Positions 1 to 11,879 of a stretch of DNA of 64,000 nucleotides are shown piece by piece; the stretch's first letter is position 1; the number at the start of each line of letters is the position of its first letter. Source of the DNA: Amphiscolops sp. MND2022 (Eukaryota); NCBI GenBank assembly GCA_964187785.1, contig CAXLNC010000776.1, forward strand, positions 1 to 64,000, written 5' to 3'. A program made the position numbers and the translations under genes. The notes beneath the pieces were generated by a model. The model saw only the letters and a list, made by a program, of their open reading frames with translations, was not told the origin of the DNA and searched no databases.

Positions 1-1360
1 TATCATAGCCTTGCGCCATTCCATTAAGAGAATGCTTCTAGCCTGGCTTGTCAGTACTCGAGTAGATCCTATCATAAGCTAGTGCATCAAGTAGAGTGTT
101 GACTGTGACATGGCAGATCCTTGAGAGCGGCTTGCCAGATCATGCGTCAACATCCGATAGATCAAGGTCACATTGCCAAGAAATAAGTTGGGTATCCCAG
201 ATGATAAGAGTCAGAACTTGCAAGTGTCGAGTTGGATATATTGCATTGAAAAAGTATTCTATCAAGCTCCTCCAGCACATATATCTTTGACCATATGCTG
301 TTCACCCCTTCTCCCCATCTCCAGAAAGCCATAACTTCCTTCTCCTTCGGTCCTGCCTCCGCAACCAATCCTATTGGCGGAGCTGCTGACAAGGTGATCC
401 CCGAAACGCCATGTTTTTGAAAGGGGCCTAAAGGAAGAAAGTACTTAGAACCAAGGACAGAAGTGACCCCAATGAAAAATGATGCGAGAGTCTGCTGGTC
501 CTATGCAAAGACATGCGAATTCCAACACCCCCTTTTTCTTTGTCATTTTGGCGTGTCGCTGGGAGCGAGTCATGCTACCCCGCCGAGCTTCTGGAAAGTC
601 CCCGGACCTCCCACAGAATTTCCCCAAACTTCCCCGGAAGTTCCTCCGCGACTTCCCTGGAACTTCTCTCACTGTGGATTTTAAGAGCCATCCAGAGGTT
701 CCCCGGAACTTTTTCCCAGACTTGTCCGGAAGTTCGAAGTTTCTTGGACCTCCCCAGAGGTCAGCCCCATTTCTCTGGGATCTGATAATTCACAAGAAGT
801 TCCTCTGACAACTTGCGTTTGAGCTCAGTTTGTCCCCTCAAGCACGTCCATTCGAACGTGCTTGCAACATTTCCTGACGTGAAGATCGTGAACTGCATGC
901 TCCTGAGTTGAGCTCAACACTCCATTCATTCGCAATTGCTTGTGATGTTTGTGTCGGAAGTCGAGATTGCATATGACAACACGTGGGACTCCCTAGCGCC
1001 AGAGCATGAATGCGCCACTACAGAGTTTTCTGGAGTAAAGGAGCACCCCAAGAATCTTTCAAAGCGATGTTTGCCTCAAAAGGTATCATGGTTTCCGATG
1101 TTATTTTTCAAGACGCTTCAAGAAAACTGTCAAGCAAGCGTGGTTATTGTCCTTTTGAGGTTATTTCTTGCCTTGCTATGGTGCGACGAGTTGACAATGA
1201 CTGTTATGGCGGACCTGACTTGAGTTGTTTTTGCAATGTCATGCATGACTATCCTCCCCACCTCCCTTTTCTGCCGACAAGGCTCATCAATCCCGAGCAA
1301 GCCCTTGCTCCCAGAGTGGGTGGTGTGTGAGGTGTGGCTCGTGATGCATCTACACACACA

Positions 1361-1388
<28 letters not shown>
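1361..1388. repeat. (CT)n microsatellite
   Basis: Uninterrupted ctctct run, followed by a degenerate CT-rich tract to about 1570. Confidence 0.9.
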
Positions 1389-1392
<4 letters not shown>

Positions 1393-1629
1393 TTCTTCAC
1401 CCTTGTCACCATTCCTCGCCCTCTCTCATGGCGCTCTCTCACCAGGCTCACCCCTTCTTTTATGATATGTTATCTTTTCCCCTCTCTCATGATGTATTCT
1501 ACTATTCTCTCCTCTCTCACCATGTGCTCTCTTACTCTCTCGCAATGTGGTGTGCTCTCTCCCTCTCGCATGTCGCGACTTTCACAAAGGCATCCCTGTT
1601 TCGGTGCAGATGCCACTTAACTGAGTCAC

Positions 1630-2480
1630 CGAGGGAGAGATCTGCTGCTAAACATGCATGGCGTGGGATTCCGAGGTTTCCTGGCTAGCCCGTCCAGCAC
1701 TTCACTGATCTTTCAAGACTCAATGTCAGTGGTGGACGCTCGCAGCAAAGCATGTACGCTGCTCAACAAGCTCATAGGAAATCAAGTTGCTACCAGTGGC
1801 GCCACAATGATAACCCGAAGTGACTTCAGAGCCGAACATGTTAGCACAGGTAGCGTGAGTGCACCATCCCACATTAATCTGTCAACTTTTCATGCTTCCC
1901 AAAGTCTCCCAGATCTCTGGTTCATCAATAGCTAGCAGATGCTCAATGAATCAGATCCAAGAGAGGGCACCACTTGTTTATGGAACCACAATTGTTTTGA
2001 TATTTGACTTGGATATGATTCCCAACCAAGAAACTGATCTGATCCAGGAGGACATCGTTTCCAAGGAAACGATCATGATGAGGATAAACGCTGATTACGT
2101 AGATATCCGAAGACTATCCAAAGGTAAGTGCTCTCAATCATACACGTAAAAACGCCAAATCTTAGATCATTCCCTGTGCATGCAATTCAATTGTTCTAGC
2201 CTAGTTCAGAGTTCATGCTTCCAGAATCAAGCTCAATATGGGATACCATTTTAGCACCCAATGGTGCCAAAAGAGAAACGCTTGCATTGCATCTATGCAC
2301 ACAGGACAATGCTGTGCCAAATGCACTGTGAGCCAGGACACATCTCAAAGCGCAAGCAGCAAGCTCCACATCGGAGCGCGCGAGTCCTTGCAAGGAGATG
2401 AAGCTGCGAGCTTCCTCTTCGTGCCGCTTGCCAACATGTGCACTAGCAAAAACACAGATGCAACTCTAAGGCTACTAAAC
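1630..2480. repeat. Dispersed degenerate repeat with coding-like divergence, copy 1
   Basis: Aligns by eye with 16955-17780 (e.g. tccagcac-tcactgatctttcaagactc, gctgctcaacaagct, aatagctagcagatgctc, ccaatggtgcca) and partly with 3125-3270. All frames contain stops. Confidence 0.7.
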
Positions 2481-3124
2481 ATGGCTGCCTTGAGAGATGT
2501 TGCTGCATCAGCCCAACCACAAGTGAACCTTAGTGTCTGTACGTCATACCCTCTGTGGTGTTTCTTTCCTGTTCAACTTCCTCTGTCTTTCCCATATGGA
2601 TCTCTTTACCATGCCGCACCAGTTGCAGAGAAGCTTCTCAGATTCATGTGTTTGGTATCAACAACTTTCTTCTCCGCCCTAGGCAAGCTTGAGAAAGCAG
2701 CGGTCTCTGCTGACTAAGACATTTTGTTGGCCCTTACTGGGAACATCTACCGACATCAGTCTCCTGAAGCGATGAAAGCGACATGAGCAACTTCACCCCC
2801 AAGATCAGATCTAGTCAAAGCGGCACCCCCAGGAAGGGAGAAGGATAACTATGCTCATGACGTTCAGCCAAAAAATAACAGATCCGATCTTAAAGTTGAA
2901 CTATTCCCCTCACATGGCAGGCCTTACTCACGCAATGATAAGTCTATTAAGCAAGGAGATCCCAGCAAGAGTACATGCTCTCTTTCTGGGGAGATGGGGT
3001 GGGGTGTATGTTTTATGTTGTTCATGTGTGTCTGTCTTCCTCTACGATTGCACAGATAGACACATACACCTTTTGGCAAAGCCGCCATGCAATGGCCTTG
3101 CCAACAGAAGAGAGTGCATCAATC

Positions 3125-3270
3125 GCTAGCCAGGCATGGCATAGGATTCCGTGACCTCCTCGCCTGTTTGTCCAGCATGTCACTGGTCTTTCAAGACCCA
3201 GCGCTAGCAATGGACTTTTTGCAACAGCGAATGGGTGCTGCTCAACAGGCTTGCGAGAGGTCAGGCAAGC
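3125..3270. repeat. Dispersed degenerate repeat, short copy 3
   Basis: ggattccg...tccagcatgtcactggtctttcaagac...gctgctcaacaggcttgc matches copies 1 and 2 in the same orientation. Confidence 0.6.
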
Positions 3271-3385
3271 CAGAATGAGTGGGTCAATTTCCTGAATTTT
3301 TCAAGACGAGCCTTCCGTTGCAGACAGACTCATACACACGCAAGACAGGAGAGTATTTTTGGACATGTATATATATATATATATA

Positions 3386-5730
3386 TGCCGACGAGTCAGA
3401 CAAAGGGACGCAATTTGAAAATTTTGAAGTTAAATAAAGGGACGCGCAGATGGCTTTGTGGACCGCAACCATTCAGCAATTTTAGCATTTTCGCCCTAGT
3501 ATTCTGTGGTTACGCTCAAGAATTGGCCCGAAATAACGAGTTAAACAAAGGGACGCGACGAGTCAATTTTTCATCAAAAAACGCCCAAAAACGAAAACAC
3601 ACCTGCGCCCCCTTTACGTCTTTTGGCGCGTCCCGTTGTTTAACCCGTCGTTTTTGCGTGAGAAACGCTCGAAATCGCAATTGCCGCTCTCCACTGAAAG
3701 CACTATTTTTATAGCGTTTTTTTGCCATTATCCAATCTTTGTCTCGATTGTCTTTGTCATTCTTGGGCGCTAATTTAGCGCACCCCCCGCGTCCCTTTAA
3801 ACGTCCGGCAACGCATCTCACTTTTAATTGCGTCCCGTTATTTGACTCGTTGTTTTTGTCCTTCAATTTCCGCAGGGAAAACCCACCTTTGCATATGTCA
3901 GTACAATGACACAAAACCAACCTTCACCAAAGTCGCTCCACCAAATACAGCAGAAAGAGAAACCAAGAAGAAAAGCCCCAGTGAGGAAAAAATGGTGACA
4001 ACAACAGTCAGAAGCAAACCAAACAAAAACCAGCACGAAAGGAAAGAAGGAAGCGCCAAGCCTGAAGCAAAAATTGCTGAAGAGAGGAAGAATAGAAGAG
4101 CGAAACGACCAAAAATGAAAGCAAGGTGGATTGGAGAAGGGAATGGCAGGAAACTGGTTGGAAGGAACGAAGCAGGAACGAAGAAAGGAAAGGGGCAACA
4201 AAGATAAAGCCAAAGAAACGAAACAAGAATAATATCTCGAAAGGGGTTGATGAAAAAAACAATGTTGAAATGGAAGACAGAAGAAAAAACAAGAGAAAAT
4301 AACAAACCGAGAGTGGTTTTGGAAAAGGGCCTTGGGGGCGGGGGGGAGGGGGAAAACGAGCAAAATATCTCTCGAATTGCCGGAAACCCTTTGTCTGTAT
4401 CAGCTATAATAGCACCCCTTTTGAAAAAAAAAAACCCAGAATTGCAGGGAAAACGGCGTTTGTTGTCCTAATCTCAAAGCAAAACAACAGACACAAAGAA
4501 AAAAAATGAAGATCAACCAAAAAAACAGAAATAAAAAACGCAACAACAATCAAGACACAAACAACAGAGAAACCAGGAGGCCCCAAATGCAGGAAACTTG
4601 GGTTTGGAAAGGGGGTGCGATGGAACTGGCCTTAAAGGAAAGCAACAAACTCAAGAAAGGTAGAAAGAAGAGAAAGGATAGGACAGAGACAAAAAAAACA
4701 GAATGTTCGCTCTAAAGGGTTTGATGAATTACAAAGAAAACAACCATGGTTTTTCCAAATCGAAAGGGCTGAGAAAACCAAAAAAAGAAGACCAAGAGCA
4801 AGTCAAGGATCTTGTCCGCCAAAAACCACCACCACCCTTTTGTAAAAATCCCTGAGCGTTTATAACAGAAATTCATATCAAATTCAGGGTGCAGACAAGC
4901 GCTGAAAACTGCAGATTGGGGAACATCAGGACCCCCGGTGACCTCGCAGCAAATTAGCGCAAATCGCGTCCCGTTATTTTACGGCATGAAGTGCTTGCAT
5001 GAGAAGGTTCGTTGTAAACCCTAAGCCCAACACCAACCCCCGAAAAACCATGTCGAGCTTCGTTTCCGCAGAAAACGACAGAACCTGCAAAAAAGACCGT
5101 CTGAAGATATACAAATTTTGTCCCAATTAGGGAAAACGACTGGCAGAAAAAAAAAACCCTTTTTTTTTCATGTTGTCCACTTTTGAGAAAACGCACCGCA
5201 AACGCGTCCCGTTATTTTTTGTGTTTCGAGCTTTGTGTCCGCAGCAACCGCGCACAGACGCTAATTGGAAAACCCATTTTTTCCCAAAAACCAATTAGCG
5301 CTAATTTTGCGCAAATTTCACGCAAATAAAGGGACACAATTCGACGTCAATTAGTGACGAATTAGCGGAATCCAAAAAAACAGCATTGAGGAGAAGGATT
5401 TCCTCGGAAGCGTGTTGTCTCAAAGCCCTATTTTTCTAGTGTTTTCAGTGTCGCAGCACAAAAAAATAGAGACGAAACCGCCAAACGAAGAAATGCGATT
5501 TCCCAAAAGTGCGAAAATCCGAAAAACGAGTCCCACTAATTTCCGAGCTTCAGCATCGGCGATCAGTCGCACCGACGACCCAGCTTCACTAATTTCACCC
5601 CCCCCAAAAAAGAGCGAAACCACTATTTTTATAGTGCAAAACGGGGCGCGTCCCGTTGTTTAACGCGTGCGCGTCCCGTTATTTAACCCGTTTTGGTGTC
5701 AAAAGCGTCCCGTTGTCCGACTCGTCGGCA
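3386..5730. mobile_element. Non-autonomous TIR DNA element inserted in a (TA)n tract
   Basis: Left end TGCCGACGAGTCAGACAAAGGGACGC versus reverse complement of right end TGCCGACGAGTCGGACAACGGGACGC (24/26). (TA)n on both flanks. Many subterminal AAAGGGACGC/GCGTCCCGTT repeats. No transposase motif seen. Confidence 0.85.
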
Positions 5731-8700
5731 TATATATATATACATACATACATACATATAAATAGATAGATAGATATATATATATATATTTAAAGTAGAG
5801 AGAGATGTCCTGCTGCAGCCATGATCGTATGGAATTCATGCTTTGCTCTGGCCTGCCTGCCTGCTCAACGCATCACTGAAAGAGTGGATATCGCCTCCCA
5901 GACTCCAAGCTAGGCACGCAAAGCGAAGAAAGAACGCGCAGCGACTGGTCAAACCAGAGTCGCCATCTCAGCTGATGCTCTCAAACTGCTTTATTCTGAC
6001 TGCAACTACGGTGATCTCAATGCATCACCTAATCCTTGTTTCGTTTCGTCGGGTTCTACTCCCCTTTGGGCAAATCTGTATTCCTGTTGGAAGTTTTCCA
6101 CATGTTCACTTCTTATCCATAAAAAGGGGGTATAATTCACTCCCAGCTCCAGTTTGCCATTGCACATGACTTGTCCATGTTTAGGAGCCAAGAAAGGGGG
6201 TTGATAGCACAGACACAAAGCACACTTAAGAAATCAGACAGTGCGCCTGATGCATCCTGATTCCTGAGCCTGGGGGGCCAAGGCTATTTTTCGCTTCTAA
6301 AACAGGAAGGCTGATATGTTTTTAATCAAGACCCTCCCACAATAACCTCCGAAACAAGCACAGAAATAACCTGGCAATGCTATGTTCATTTCTTGAGGTC
6401 GTTTTTGCCTTGCAAAGTTATTTCTTGGAAAAACCTTACAAGATTCCTAGGGAAGAACACCGACAACGACTTTTGCCGGGAAAATCGATCCAATCCGCTG
6501 TCGGAGGTTTGTCAGGGACTTTTGTTGCTTCAAGTCTACACGAGCCCTTTGCTGAGGACTCTGTGAAGGGCTCTCTTCCCCACGAAAAATGAAGGACGCC
6601 AGGGCTTTGTCAGGGATCTTTGCTCCATCAAGGTTGCATGAGCCGGGCTCTCTTCTGGGTGCTTTCCCGCGAATACGAACGACAACAATCCAACAATGGC
6701 CCAAGCAACCTGCTCCGACAAAGAATGCACAATACAAGCGCAATTGCAGATGATGGGCCCCATTCCGGTACACTGCGAGGACCCTGCCCGGAGGAATGGG
6801 AGCTGTGCTTTGCAGAGGTGGACCTGTTTTTGCGTGTCCCCAGACCTCCACCCTGCACAAACACAGATCAGAGACAAGATCGTCTGATCAGACCGTCTTT
6901 CTGTCTGGACATTTTCGCTCAGGGAGTGGTTGACTCAAACCCCCCAAAAAATGGAGTTCAGGTCTTTCCTCGCTCCTTTCATAGGTGTGTATCACTGACT
7001 ATCTGGTTTTTGCTGAGGGGCGGCTTCCTTACTGGACAAGCTCTGTGCATGAAGAGACACAAGGCTTTAAAAGCAGAGAGCAAAATCTTTTTGTCCTTTA
7101 GGAACCAGAACTCTAGAAACAGAGAGCAAAAACACAGACTAGTGTTGTTTGCATTGGACCTCGACCGGCTTCGCATTGCCTCTGCACTCTGCTCCCACTT
7201 CTCCACCCACTCCAGTCCAGGTCTGAGAGCACCAAAAACCACAGTCGCAGATTGACGCAGTACTCTCTCGCAAACACCCCTGTCGCCAACCCGAGCTGCA
7301 GTGAGGACGCTCTCTTCTGCCGGAAAAACGCAAGAAAAATCGCACCGTTTTCTGGCGGGATTAGACACTTCCGGAGCCCAAAAACCGCAGCAAATATTCG
7401 GACGCGTCAGACAACAGCAATCGCAATCACAGAGAAATCGCAGCACTCGGTTTGCTCGGCTCCAGGCTGCGCCTTTCCTGAGGATCCGAGCATTCCAATT
7501 TTCTGGGGCTGTTTGCGGAAGCATCCAACCCCTTGTTGCACAAACACAACTCCTTCCTTCTTTTTCTTGCTGAATGACCGCTGACATCCAATCTCTTTGA
7601 GAAAATAGCCATACAAACAAAACAACGGGTGGAACAATGGAAAGAACCACAAACAACAAACAAGAAGAAAGAAAATGTGAAAGGAACGTTCAAGTTTATT
7701 CCTAAATGATTTCTGGTGCTTTCCAACATTTTGACTATTTGTGATATCTTTGAGGAGAGTGGTCGATAATCAGACATTCCCACGTTTTGCTTGTTGCGGT
7801 GCGCTTCCAATTGCAAGTAGGTCGCAGAACACTCATGACAAGCATGCAACAACATGATAAAGATGTTAACCAGAGTGTGGATCTCTGATGAGGGACCAAG
7901 GCCATGAACATATGCAATTTCTTGCTGGATTGCCGAGCGAGACCCTTGACATAAACCACTTATGGTAAATCAAGCTGCTGTTCCAAAATGCTCATGTCAG
8001 GCAAGCGGCTCGGCCTGAACAATCACATAAATCTCGAAGCATGATCCCACTAGACCCCGAGCCCTGGAGCAAATCTGCTGATGTGTTCATGATCAAATTT
8101 TCTCATGGCGCTCTGTCTGCTCGGATCTAAGGGCATAGATAGGCTATCCGTCGAGCCGGCAAGGATGCCGCAAACGCTGCGTAACTGAATCCGCTCTTAG
8201 TGCCGCGCTCTTTGGAGAAGCCCTTTTCAGGGAAGGGAAATTCACGTACCAGTGCAGGGTCCCCCCGAATAGTTTTATGGGGGAAAATGTCACCGGTGCG
8301 AATCATTTTGCTTTACTTTCCAAGGAAAATCATATGGACAAGGGGGGGCCGAAAAATTTTGGAAAAAAAAACCCTCCAACCGGTACCGGTACGAAGATTT
8401 AATTTCCCAGCTTAAATAAAACACACGAAGTCTTTCGAATGAATAAGTTTTGCCTTTGTGACACAGTGCAGTTTGAGCAAGCACCCAAAACGGGCTCAAG
8501 CACTATAACCGTGATCAGAAATTCCCGGGATCAACAGACTTCCCTCTGCACCGGCGCTGCCCTAATCTACTCGACCCCATGCATCTCCGCTGTGGTTTCT
8601 TATTGGATTGTGCTTGGTTCACACTTAGTTCTTGCAGCTTGCACTGAGATTTCTCCAAACCAGCGATTCGGAGCACTGAATTCTAAACCCGGAGGTTTCC

Positions 8701-9299
8701 CAAAACCAGATTTGCTGGGATCCTTCTGAGTTTTGCGGGACTTGTCATTTGTTGGTTCTTCTGGTGCCCTTCTTCGGGCTGGGAAATAAGCACAAACGCC
8801 AGAAATTCGCGATAAAGAGGGAGAAGTCGGGAACTGGCACACCCTGGGTTTGGAAGCCCCCGCCCTCCAAACATCCAGCATCCAACAATAAATGACCAAA
8901 GCGAACGACATTTGGCCACTACACCTGTCTTCTCTCTCCCCCACTTCCTTACCTTCTCGCTTGATTTTCGCTCACTTTCCGATTTTATCTTGTTGTTTTT
9001 TTGTCAATGCAACTTCTCCAGCCTTAATTTGGTCAAAGAATTCCGACGTTTCCTTGGCCATAATCGGCTACAATCGGCTCAGAAGCGGCTAAAATTGGCT
9101 AAAAGATTGGTTAGAACAGATTGGCTAAAACTGGCTGAAAAGGGAGGGTTTCGTTTCACAGTTAAGGCGCTGAGAGATTTACACATAAAGTTCTTTCCCT
9201 GTGTTTGCAGTCTTTCTCACTAGCTTCTGCCTACTTTTGCTCGTTCAACACTATCCCTGTTTTACTGGTCTCGTGAGAGGTCCTCTCTCTAAGGAAGCG

Positions 9300-10850
9300 T
9301 CACAAAACTAAGGTGAGGTTATGAACTCGCCAAGGCTGCAACTCATCCAAGGAATGGATGGTGCTGGATCCTGACCTTAGAGGCCCAGCAGCGATACTTT
9401 TCATATCGCAAAACTATTTGGTGCTTGTTTGTGGGGGGGGGGGTATCACACAATTATCGCGCGATATGTTGCAAAATGGGGTACCGTTGACAAGGAAATT
9501 GAAGTGAAACTAATTCCGTGATAATATTTGTCCGCTTTCGCTTTCGTATTGATACTAAAATTGGACAGATGATCTTTTTGCATTCATGTTCACATAGATA
9601 CTTCACCCCGAATTACACTTTCGCTTTCGCTTTCGTAATTCTGAAGGTTATTAATTCGGAAATCATGTTGTTTCGCTTTGCGTTAATTTCTGTGTCAATG
9701 GTAACGGGGTATCACAAAGATCGTGACAGATGTGCCTGTGTGAAACTAGGCGTTAAGGGGGGCATCGTGCCCTTATTGGGGAGCTGTTAACCTCCCTGAC
9801 GAGGTATCGCGCCATATGGCGTATCGCAGCGATGGTATCGCAATATCGCACGATACGGGGGCACTAAGATCCTGACAGCAAAACACCAGTGGCTGTGACC
9901 TGATGAGGATCCAAGCCAAGGCGACCTGCACACTCTAGCAGGACGACGTGGAGAGAGCTGTCGACTGAGAAGAGTATCGAGGAGCAACGGCCAGACAAGA
10001 GCACAACATTTAGCGTCACAAGGGGAAAGCTCCTATACAACACTAACTTCTCCCGGAGCTCATTCGACACAACAGTCTCATTGTTTCCTCTGAGCTCCTC
10101 AGACGCAGATGGCGGGGCCAAAGAGCACTGAGAGGCTACTGCCATGATAAAGTCATAGCTGTTCCTGAGCTCCTTGGACGCAAACACAAGCGCTCCAAAA
10201 GGGTCCTTGGACAAAGCTGCCATGACAAACTCGTGGTTGCTCCTAAGCTCCTCTGACGCAAAGAGCTTGGCTTCTACCGAGTCCTCGGAGAAGAGTGCCA
10301 TGACAAACTCGTGGTTGCTCCTCAGCCCAAGCTCCTCTGACGCAAAGCGCCTGGCTCCTACAGGGTCCTTTGAGAAGAGTGTCAAGACAAACTCGTGATT
10401 GCTCCTCAGCTCCTCTGACGCAAAGCGCGCGGCTGCTGCAGGGTCCTTGGAGAAGAGTGTCATGACAAACTCGTGGTTGCTCCTAAGCTCCTCTGACGCA
10501 AAGCGTACGGCTTCTGCAGGGTCCTTGGAGAAGAGTGTCAAGACAAAGTCATGGTTGTTCTTGAGCTCTCTGGGAGCAAAGTGTAGGCACAAGGAAGTCT
10601 TGCAGCCTGCTGCAATGACCACCTCTTCACTGTTCTCAAGATCTTCGGACGCAAGCTGCAGGGACAACAACTTCTTGGAAGCCACAATGACAGCCGCATA
10701 GTTGCCATTGAGCTCTTTGGAGTCAGACTGCAGCCCCATAGCATCCTGGAAAACTGCTGCCATGACAACTTCATGGTTGCTCTTGCTAGCCAACTGGAGG
10801 ATGACTTCACTGCTTGCTTCTTCCCGACGGTGGCTCTGAGCCAAGACCAT
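9300..10850 (-). CDS. DUF4116-repeat protein with C-terminal ubiquitin-like domain, paralog 1; exons 10850-9877 and 9375-9300 if the MITE is spliced out
   Basis: ORF 9864-10850 has ASEELRSNHEFVM-type repeats, then LVTLNVVLLSGR...GVLLSGS. Sequence 9375-9300 continues SGSSTIHSLDELQPWRVHNLTLVL*, matching the C-terminus of paralog 2 (SGSKTIHSLKELEPWQVHNVTLVL*). The start codon is uncertain. The DUF4116 and Ubl assignments are from motif recognition. Confidence 0.75.
9376..9868. mobile_element. MITE with 8-bp TSD (introner candidate)
   Basis: TIRs CTTAGAGGCCC / GGGGCACTAAG. TSD ATCCTGAC at 9368-9375 and 9869-9876. Internal GCGATA/TATCGC repeats. A partial sister copy lies at 15403-15562. Confidence 0.9.
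9483..9702. mobile_element. Nested MITE inside the 9376-9868 element
   Basis: TIRs ACCGTTGACA / TGTCAATGGT. 8-bp TSD AATGGGGT (9475-9482) / AACGGGGT (9703-9710). The sister copy at 15403-15562 lacks this insert. Confidence 0.8.
10150..10570 (-). repeat. Intragenic tandem repeat of ~75-81 bp units encoding DUF4116-type repeats
   Basis: About five near-identical units of gacaaactcgtggttgctcctaagctcctctgacgcaaag. Confidence 0.85.
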
Positions 10851-11264
10851 TGCAGATTGGAGTCACTTGGGAGCTGTCTGCATGAAACATCTGAAGCTCC
10901 AAGTAAGTTTGGGTCGATGCCCCCGATCTGGCCAAAATGCGCGCCCCTTAACATGCGTATTTTTCTGCAAATTTTTATTTTTTTCTACGCCTCAAGCTCG
11001 CCCCTTTTTCAACACTTGCGGTCCTTATGCTCATTAGACTTGAGGTCACCTGTTGCCCAAGTGTGAGCCCCGCACCCCCACAAACGTCTTGCGAAAACTG
11101 TTGAAACTAGCAAACTATTGATTGAGGCATCTGCCAAAAAAACCCAACATCCAAACACCAGCTCATCATGTTCCCAAACAAGCCGCATGCACTTGAAAAC
11201 AATGATTTCAGCAAGGATGTTTCAGAGCTGCTGCCATTAGGCAACCCAAATGCCCCGCAGCGTT

Positions 11265-11337
11265 GCCCCTTAGCGTGCCCCTTAGCGTGCCCCGTAGCGT
11301 GCCCCGTAGCGTGCCCCTTAGCGTGCCCCTTAGCGTC
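11265..11337. repeat. 12-bp tandem repeat (GCCCCT/GTAGCGT)n
   Basis: About six units of tagcgtgccccy/g inside a MITE-like segment. Confidence 0.85.
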
Positions 11338-11715
11338 CCGACCACTGTTTTTCCGCAGGTTTTCCGCGTTTAAATTTCCCCCAAAACCTCTTCCTGCAAC
11401 ACATGTTGGGGCCACGCTAAGGGGCACGCAAATTCCCCACCTTAAGGGGCACCAATTTCCAACAATGATTCCTAAACAGCTTGCCCTTGTCCTTGCCATC
11501 CACCACACAAGAAAGAACAGACTTGTTCAAGAGGTCTGCATTACATGATATTTTCGATTGAAGGCCTGATTTTCCTACCTCCCTGTGCCAGTAGCCACAG
11601 AGCACGAAACGTCTTGCAAACCATGCAAACGAGAGTCCCAAACCACAAGTAGAAACCTCTGAACACTGCCACAGACCATCAATTGGAGTAGTGGCATATA
11701 AGTCCCCATGTTTTT

Positions 11716-11879
11716 TTGAATCCGGAAAATTTTAATGAAAAATTCACCTTAATGGGTTGGCCGGCTTGAGGTTGCCGAAGTTTGGGGAAGGGTCTCATTG
11801 AATCCGGAAAATTTTAATGAAAAATTCACCTTAATGGGTTGGCCGGCTTGAGGTTGCCGAAGTTTGGGGAAGGGTCTCA
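11716..11879. repeat. Perfect 82-bp tandem duplication
   Basis: 11716-11797 is identical to 11798-11879. Confidence 0.9.

Noticed and set aside
3842-4715. Long K/R/E-rich and F/L-rich ORFs in the ORF track (also at 37.3-40.2 kb, 42.8-43.5 kb, 53.0-53.5 kb and 55.0-56.0 kb)
   Set aside because: They lie in low-complexity interiors of TIR elements or microsatellites, and several overlapping frames are open because the composition is stop-poor.
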